Assembly: GCA_965662845.1 (NCBI GenBank)
Contig: CBFIJD010000007.1
Span: 1-64,000, forward strand
Direction of reading: 5' to 3'
Length of the DNA: 64,000 nt
Source: an uncultured bacterium
GTDB taxonomy: Bacteria > SAR324 > NAC60-12
Positions 59,219-64,000 of the stretch are shown here, in pieces (the stretch's first letter is position 1; each line of letters begins with the position of its first letter). Below the pieces are notes generated by a model. It ran no database searches. It was not told the DNA's origin and was given only the letters and a program-made list of their open reading frames with translations. Made by a program: the position numbers and the translations under genes.

Positions 59219-61411
59219 ATGAACCCCTTTCTGCAAGACCGCCAACGCTGGGTGCTGGGCCTCGTAGTGTTGCTCGTCGGGCTGTTTTTTGTGCTGGATC
59301 TGCCAAATGTGCTGACGTTGGAAAACCTCAAAGCCTCGCGGGAAGGCTTCCGAGAGTCTTATGCTGCGAATCCCTTTTGGTTTGGGATGCTCTACTTCGT
59401 GGGATACGTGATCGTGACGGCGTCTTCGGTGCCGGGGGCTGCCGTGCTGACGCTCGCGGGAGGCGCGGTGTTTGGGCTGGTCGGCGGCACGCTGCTGGTC
59501 TCGTTCGCCAGCACGATCGGCGCAACGTTGGCGATGCTCGCGGCGCGATTTCTGTTATATCCCAGCGTAGAAAAACGCTTTGGGGACTCCTTGCGGCGCC
59601 TCAACCGTGGCGTTGAGCGGGAGGGAGCCTTCTACTTGTTCACGTTGCGGTTGGTTCCGATTGTGCCGTTTTTCGTCATCAATTTGGGCATGGGGCTCAC
59701 CAAAATGCCGGCTCGCACCTTTTATTGGGTCAGCCAGCTGGGCATGTTGCCCGGAACCATCGTCTATGTGAACGCTGGCGCTGAGCTTGGACAAATCGAA
59801 TCGATGGGCGACATCTTGTCTGGCAGCCTGCTGTTTTCCTTCGCCTTGTTGGGGATCTTCCCTCTTGTCGCTAAGAAAGGAGTGGAAGCCTATCGCAAGC
59901 GTCGCGCCCCGCAGCCTACGTCTACGACCTCAAGCAGCTCCGCCCAAGTGAACGCTGCGCCTGCCGTACACACACCGCGACCTTACGATTACAACCTCGT
60001 CGCGATTGGCGCGGGCGCGGCGGGTCTCGTCACGACGTACATGGGCGCCGCGTTGCAAGCTCGCGTGGCGTTGATCGAGAAGCACAAAATGGGCGGTGAC
60101 TGCTTGAACACCGGCTGCGTGCCCAGCAAAGCGCTATTGAGCAGCGCCAAAGCCGCACAACAGATGCGAAACGCCGCGAAATACGGGCTCGAACCCGTCG
60201 AGGTGCAGGTGAACTTTGCGCAGGTGATGACGCAGGTGCAGCAAATCATTCAGCGCATCGAGCCGCACGACAGCGTCGAGCGTTACACGGCGCTTGGCGT
60301 GGAGTGTCTGCAAGGCGAGGCGTTCGTGCATTCGCCCAACGAGGTCGAAGTCTTTGGACAAAAGCTCACCACGAGTCGTCTCGTGATCGCGACCGGAGCA
60401 CGTCCGTTTGTCCCGCCGATTGTCGGTCTGGAACGAGTCCCGTTCTCGCATTCGGACAACATCTGGGAGCTGCGTCAGCTGCCTCGGCGTTTGGTCGTGA
60501 TCGGTGGTGGTCCGATCGGTTGCGAGCTAGCGCAGGCGTTTCAACGTCTTGGGTCACAGGTCACGTTGCTCGAGCGAGGCCCTGACATCCTGCCCAAAGA
60601 AGACCGAGACATGGCGACCTTTGTTCAGCGCCGCATGGAAGCCGACGGCGTGCGCATTTTGACCGGTGTGACTCTGGAGAACGTCGCGCGCGTTGGCGAC
60701 GTGACGCACGTACACCTGCAGGGGCACGACGGGCAAGTGGTCGCCTGTGAGCACATCCTCGTGGCGGCGGGGCGCAAAGCCAACACAGACGGTTTTGGGC
60801 TGGAAGCGCTAGGCGTGGAGAAAAACCCAGACGGGACGCTGTGGGTGGACGCTCACTTACAGACAAGCGCGGCGGGGATCTATGCGTGTGGCGACGTGGC
60901 GGGACCGTATCAGTTCACGCACATGGCCGGGCACCAAGGGTGGTATGCGTCGGTCAACGCTCTGTTCTCGCCGCTGAAGCAGTTCGCGGTGGACTACTCG
61001 GTCGTGCCTTGGTGCACCTACACCGATCCAGAGTTGGCGCATGTCGGCCTGAGCGAGACGATGGCGCAAGCGCAGAACATCCCCTACGAGGTCACGGTCT
61101 TCCCGCTGAACGACCTTGACCGCGCCATCACCGACCGCACAGATGAGGGCCAAATCAAAGTGTTGACGAAGCCCAACTCTGACAAAATCCTCGGCGCGAC
61201 CATCTGTGGGCATCACGCGGGAGACTTGCTGACGGAGTATATTCTGGCGATGAAGCACGGTCTCGGGCTCAACAAAATTCTCGGGACGATTCATCCGTAC
61301 CCAACGCTCGCGGAAGGCAACAAGTTGCTCGCTGGGGCGTGGCGTCGAAACCACAGCCCAGCGTGGCTGATGCCGTATCTCAAAGCCTTTCACACGTGGA
61401 AGCGGAGCTGA
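59219..61411 (+). CDS. TVP38/VTT (DedA-like) membrane domain fused to a pyridine nucleotide-disulfide oxidoreductase
   Basis: TLAGGAVFG, LRLVPIVPF, GMLPGT; then GAGAAG, GGDCLNTGCVPSK, GGGPIG, HPYPTLAE. Confidence 0.9.
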   Translation: MNPFLQDRQRWVLGLVVLLVGLFFVLDLPNVLTLENLKASREGFRESYAANPFWFGMLYFVGYVIVTASSVPGAAVLTLAGGAVFGLVGGTLLVSFASTIGATLAMLAARFLLYPSVEKRFGDSLRRLNRGVEREGAFYLFTLRLVPIVPFFVINLGMGLTKMPARTFYWVSQLGMLPGTIVYVNAGAELGQIESMGDILSGSLLFSFALLGIFPLVAKKGVEAYRKRRAPQPTSTTSSSSAQVNAAPAVHTPRPYDYNLVAIGAGAAGLVTTYMGAALQARVALIEKHKMGGDCLNTGCVPSKALLSSAKAAQQMRNAAKYGLEPVEVQVNFAQVMTQVQQIIQRIEPHDSVERYTALGVECLQGEAFVHSPNEVEVFGQKLTTSRLVIATGARPFVPPIVGLERVPFSHSDNIWELRQLPRRLVVIGGGPIGCELAQAFQRLGSQVTLLERGPDILPKEDRDMATFVQRRMEADGVRILTGVTLENVARVGDVTHVHLQGHDGQVVACEHILVAAGRKANTDGFGLEALGVEKNPDGTLWVDAHLQTSAAGIYACGDVAGPYQFTHMAGHQGWYASVNALFSPLKQFAVDYSVVPWCTYTDPELAHVGLSETMAQAQNIPYEVTVFPLNDLDRAITDRTDEGQIKVLTKPNSDKILGATICGHHAGDLLTEYILAMKHGLGLNKILGTIHPYPTLAEGNKLLAGAWRRNHSPAWLMPYLKAFHTWKRS

Positions 61412-61412
61412 C

Positions 61413-63002
61413 TCAACGCTGCGGAGCGGCGTATTTCGCAGCAAAGGGGGTCGCGCCGGCTTGCTTCTGCACGCGCTCGTTGGCAGCGAGATGCTCCAGC
61501 AGCTTGAAGAGCGTCTCGGTTTGTGAGGAGACGTCTAAGGCCGCAGCGAGTTCTTCTAACGAGCAGTAGCGCTGCGGCTCGGAGCGCAGCTGTGCCAGCA
61601 GCTTGGTTTGTAAGGCAAGCACGTCACCCGCCGCTTTTTTTCCCGCCTCAACTCCCGGCTGATGATAGGCGTTGATGCCAATGAGATGAGCGTAGATGCC
61701 CACGGCCCGCTCAAAGAGCGCGACCAACGCGCCCACCGTCTGTGGCGAGACCTCGTCCAGGGTCAAGGTGATCGACTCCCGCTGCTGTTCGTGCAGCGCT
61801 TGGCGGGTTCCCAGCAAGAAGCCGAGCAAATAGTCACCCGAAGTGACGTCCTCTTCCACCTCTAGCGCCTCCCCTCGTCGATCTTTGAGCACTTCCAAAA
61901 ACACAACGAAGAAGTCATTTCGTCCATCGCGGAGCTGTTGCACGTAGGCGTGCTGGTCGGTGGAGCCTTTGTTGCCATACACCGACAGCCCTTGCTCGAC
62001 GAGGTCACCGCTCAGGTTGTGGGCTTTGCCGATGGACTCCATCACGAGCTGTTGCAGGTAGCGGCTGAAGAGCAGCAAGCGGTCTTTGTACGGCAGTACG
62101 ACCATCGCCTTGTCGCCCCGACCGTTGCCCGCGTACCACCACATCAGAGCTAGCTGTGCGGCGGGGTTTTGCTTGGGGTTGGGGTTGCGCCCGTGCTCAT
62201 CCATTGCCTTGGCGCCGGCGAGCATCGCGTCGAGGTTCACGCCTTGGAGCGCGGCGGGGAGCAGCCCGACGGCTGAGAACTCGGACGTGCGCCCCCCGAC
62301 CCAGTCCCACATTGGAAACGTCGCTAACCAAGCTTGCTCGGTCGCGAGCTGCTCCAGCTGGCTCCCTCCGCTCGTCACGGCGATGGCGTGGGACGCGAAG
62401 TTCAGCCCTGCCGCTTGGTAGATGTGCTGAGTTTCAAGCATCGCGTTGCGCGTTTCTGCGGTGCTCCCTGACTTGGAGATGACGATGCAAAGCGTGCGTG
62501 CCAGCTCATTGTGCAGCGCCGCGAAGACGCTCTCAAAGCCGTCGGGGTCGGTGTTGTCCAGAAAGTGTAGCTGAATTTTCGACAGCGGAGCGCGCATCGC
62601 CAAGTCCACGAATTGAGGCCCGAGCGCCGAACCCCCGATCCCGATCACGAGCACATGTCGGAAGGGTTCCCCCTGTTCGTTGGCGAGGTCACCTTTGCGA
62701 ACCTTGGCCGCGAAGGTGTTCACCTGCTGTCGTGTCTGGTGGATCGCGTCTCGGAGCTCTGCGTTGGGCGCTCGCTCGGGGTCTCGCAGCCAATAGTGCC
62801 CGACTCTACGCTGTTCGTCGGGGTTGGCGATCGCGCCGCCTTCGAGGTCTCGCATGTGCTGCAGAGCGTTCTCCAGCGCGGCAGCGTGGGTCTGCCAAAA
62901 GGAAGCTGGGAAGTTCATGCGGGAGATGTCCAGCGCGATGCCGGTGCCCGAGAGTGGCAAGTAATATTCCTGAAAGCGATCCCATCCGGTTGGTGATGTC
63001 AT
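61413..63002 (-). CDS. pgi: Glucose-6-phosphate isomerase
   Basis: GIGGSALGP, SKSGSTAET, VGGRTS, QQLVMESIGK, GSTDQH, QPGVEAGK. Confidence 0.96.
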   Translation of the reverse strand: MTSPTGWDRFQEYYLPLSGTGIALDISRMNFPASFWQTHAAALENALQHMRDLEGGAIANPDEQRRVGHYWLRDPERAPNAELRDAIHQTRQQVNTFAAKVRKGDLANEQGEPFRHVLVIGIGGSALGPQFVDLAMRAPLSKIQLHFLDNTDPDGFESVFAALHNELARTLCIVISKSGSTAETRNAMLETQHIYQAAGLNFASHAIAVTSGGSQLEQLATEQAWLATFPMWDWVGGRTSEFSAVGLLPAALQGVNLDAMLAGAKAMDEHGRNPNPKQNPAAQLALMWWYAGNGRGDKAMVVLPYKDRLLLFSRYLQQLVMESIGKAHNLSGDLVEQGLSVYGNKGSTDQHAYVQQLRDGRNDFFVVFLEVLKDRRGEALEVEEDVTSGDYLLGFLLGTRQALHEQQRESITLTLDEVSPQTVGALVALFERAVGIYAHLIGINAYHQPGVEAGKKAAGDVLALQTKLLAQLRSEPQRYCSLEELAAALDVSSQTETLFKLLEHLAANERVQKQAGATPFAAKYAAPQR

Positions 63003-63054
63003 CGAGACCTCCATGAGAGTTAGAAAAAGCAAGACACAGAATTTGAGACGTAAT

Positions 63055-63083
63055 TTGCGATTGACGCTGGTTTTTGTTAGCGT
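63055..63083 (+). promoter_or_regulatory. Sigma70-type promoter of the hsp20-like gene
   Basis: TTGCGA-N17-TAGCGT. Confidence 0.5.
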
Positions 63084-63135
63084 TCCTTTCTTTTTTCACC
63101 CCTGCAAAATCACACCCTTGCCCGCCTGATCTCGC

Positions 63136-63537
63136 ATGTCTGAAGAATTGGAAGCCCTACTCGAACGCCAGCAACGCCAACATGAACGTCTTGAAGAACT
63201 AAAGCAACGCACCCCACTGTCCACTTCTGGAGACGACGCTTTCCGCTATCAGGACGCCAGCTATGATCTTCACCAGCGAGACGACGAAGTGTTTCTCAGC
63301 ATCGACGTTCCTGGGGTGTTGGAAGAATCGGTCGCTTTTGACTTTCAGGACGCCGCCTTCTTCGTGACGGGTGAGTTCCCCGCCTCTGAACCAGACCACG
63401 CGGTCTGTGTGCAACAAAACCGCCTACGGGGGCCGTTTCGGTATCAATTTTTGTTGCCTCGCCCGGCCCAGCGGTTTGAATCGTATCAAGAGAATGGTGT
63501 TTTGTATTTACGCATTCAGTTGCAGCCTGAGGAATGA
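63136..63537 (+). CDS. Hsp20/alpha-crystallin family protein
   Basis: DVPGV, R..GPFRYQFLLP, YQENGVLYL. Confidence 0.75.
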   Translation: MSEELEALLERQQRQHERLEELKQRTPLSTSGDDAFRYQDASYDLHQRDDEVFLSIDVPGVLEESVAFDFQDAAFFVTGEFPASEPDHAVCVQQNRLRGPFRYQFLLPRPAQRFESYQENGVLYLRIQLQPEE

Positions 63538-63540
63538 CTT

Positions 63541-63687
63541 ATGCCCAGAATCTTACGTAACTACTTGATTAGTTTTTTGATTATCGGCACTTTGCTGGGC
63601 ATCATTCACGCGTTGGACTTGTATTTCAACCCTCGTGAAGCCACATCCCCAACTCCGGAACCAACGGCAACCGTCCCGCAAAATTAG
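63541..63687 (+). CDS. Small single-pass membrane protein (48 aa), below the ORF-track cutoff
   Basis: MPRILRNYLISFLIIGTLLGIIHALDLYFNPREATSPTPEPTATVPQN; GAGGA RBS; stop abuts the next ATG. Confidence 0.65.
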   Translation: MPRILRNYLISFLIIGTLLGIIHALDLYFNPREATSPTPEPTATVPQN

Positions 63688-64000
63688 ATGACAGCTATCG
63701 TTTGGATCGCGCTCAGTCTGCTCTTGCTGATCGAGACGCTGCTGCTGAGCGTCCTTGCGCGCTCTTTGGGCAACCTCAGCTTGTTTCTGTTGAGCGGAGT
63801 GACGGCTGGAGCGGGCTTGTGGTTGATGAGAGGCGAGGATTTTTCGCTCTGGACTCTGGTCGAGACTGAACTTCAGCAGCGGCGGCTGCCGACTACAGAG
63901 CTCTGGGACGCTCTGGTGCTCTGGCTGGCTGGAGGTCTTCTGGTGGTGCCCGGCTTGCTCTCGGATGCCATCGGCATCGTGCTCACGCTTCCCGACATTC
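63688..64000 (+). CDS. Second FxsA-like membrane protein (runs off the window)
   Basis: Translated by eye: LLIETLLL...LP..ELWDAL..WLAGGLLVVPGLLSDAIGIVLTLP. Confidence 0.75.
   Translation, partial: MTAIVWIALSLLLLIETLLLSVLARSLGNLSLFLLSGVTAGAGLWLMRGEDFSLWTLVETELQQRRLPTTELWDALVLWLAGGLLVVPGLLSDAIGIVLTLPDI

Noticed and set aside
59219..61411. Mercuric reductase MerA
   Set aside because: No NmerA domain, no C-terminal Cys-Cys pair and no mer operon genes

Overview
Mostly housekeeping chromosomal DNA from a GC-rich Gram-negative bacterium. The split ATP synthase operon (atpF'FHAGDC without atpB/E), CIRCE-controlled groESL and dispersed dcw genes suggest a Deltaproteobacteria-like lineage, possibly SAR324; this is inference only. 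About 62 CDS are supported, including glcDEF with a divergent FadR regulator, groESL, MoxR, rsmE, kdsB, a betaine-type ABC transporter, mutM, rsmH, sbcCD, rnhA, waaF, purB-trpS-rpmA-rplU, F1Fo genes, rlmE, murG, guaA, tatB, yejB and pgi. I found no rRNA, tRNA, CRISPR array, transposase or prophage. The best novel candidate is absent from the ORF track: a 61-aa single-pass membrane protein at 31287-31472. It has a strong RBS, an in-frame TGA followed six codons later by Cys, and a bacterial SECIS-like hairpin just downstream, so it is a probable unannotated selenoprotein. Other candidates are a multi-stem riboswitch-like leader before the betaine-type ABC transporter, a small basic peptide with a CCUCC-rich 3' RNA, a promoter with a homopolymer in its spacer, two complementary pseudo-histidine kinases, a double-kinase sensor paired with a PhnD-like binding protein, a heptad-repeat protein, and a DUF547 plus DedA-flavoprotein redox pair. 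All family calls come from motif recognition by eye; no searches were run.
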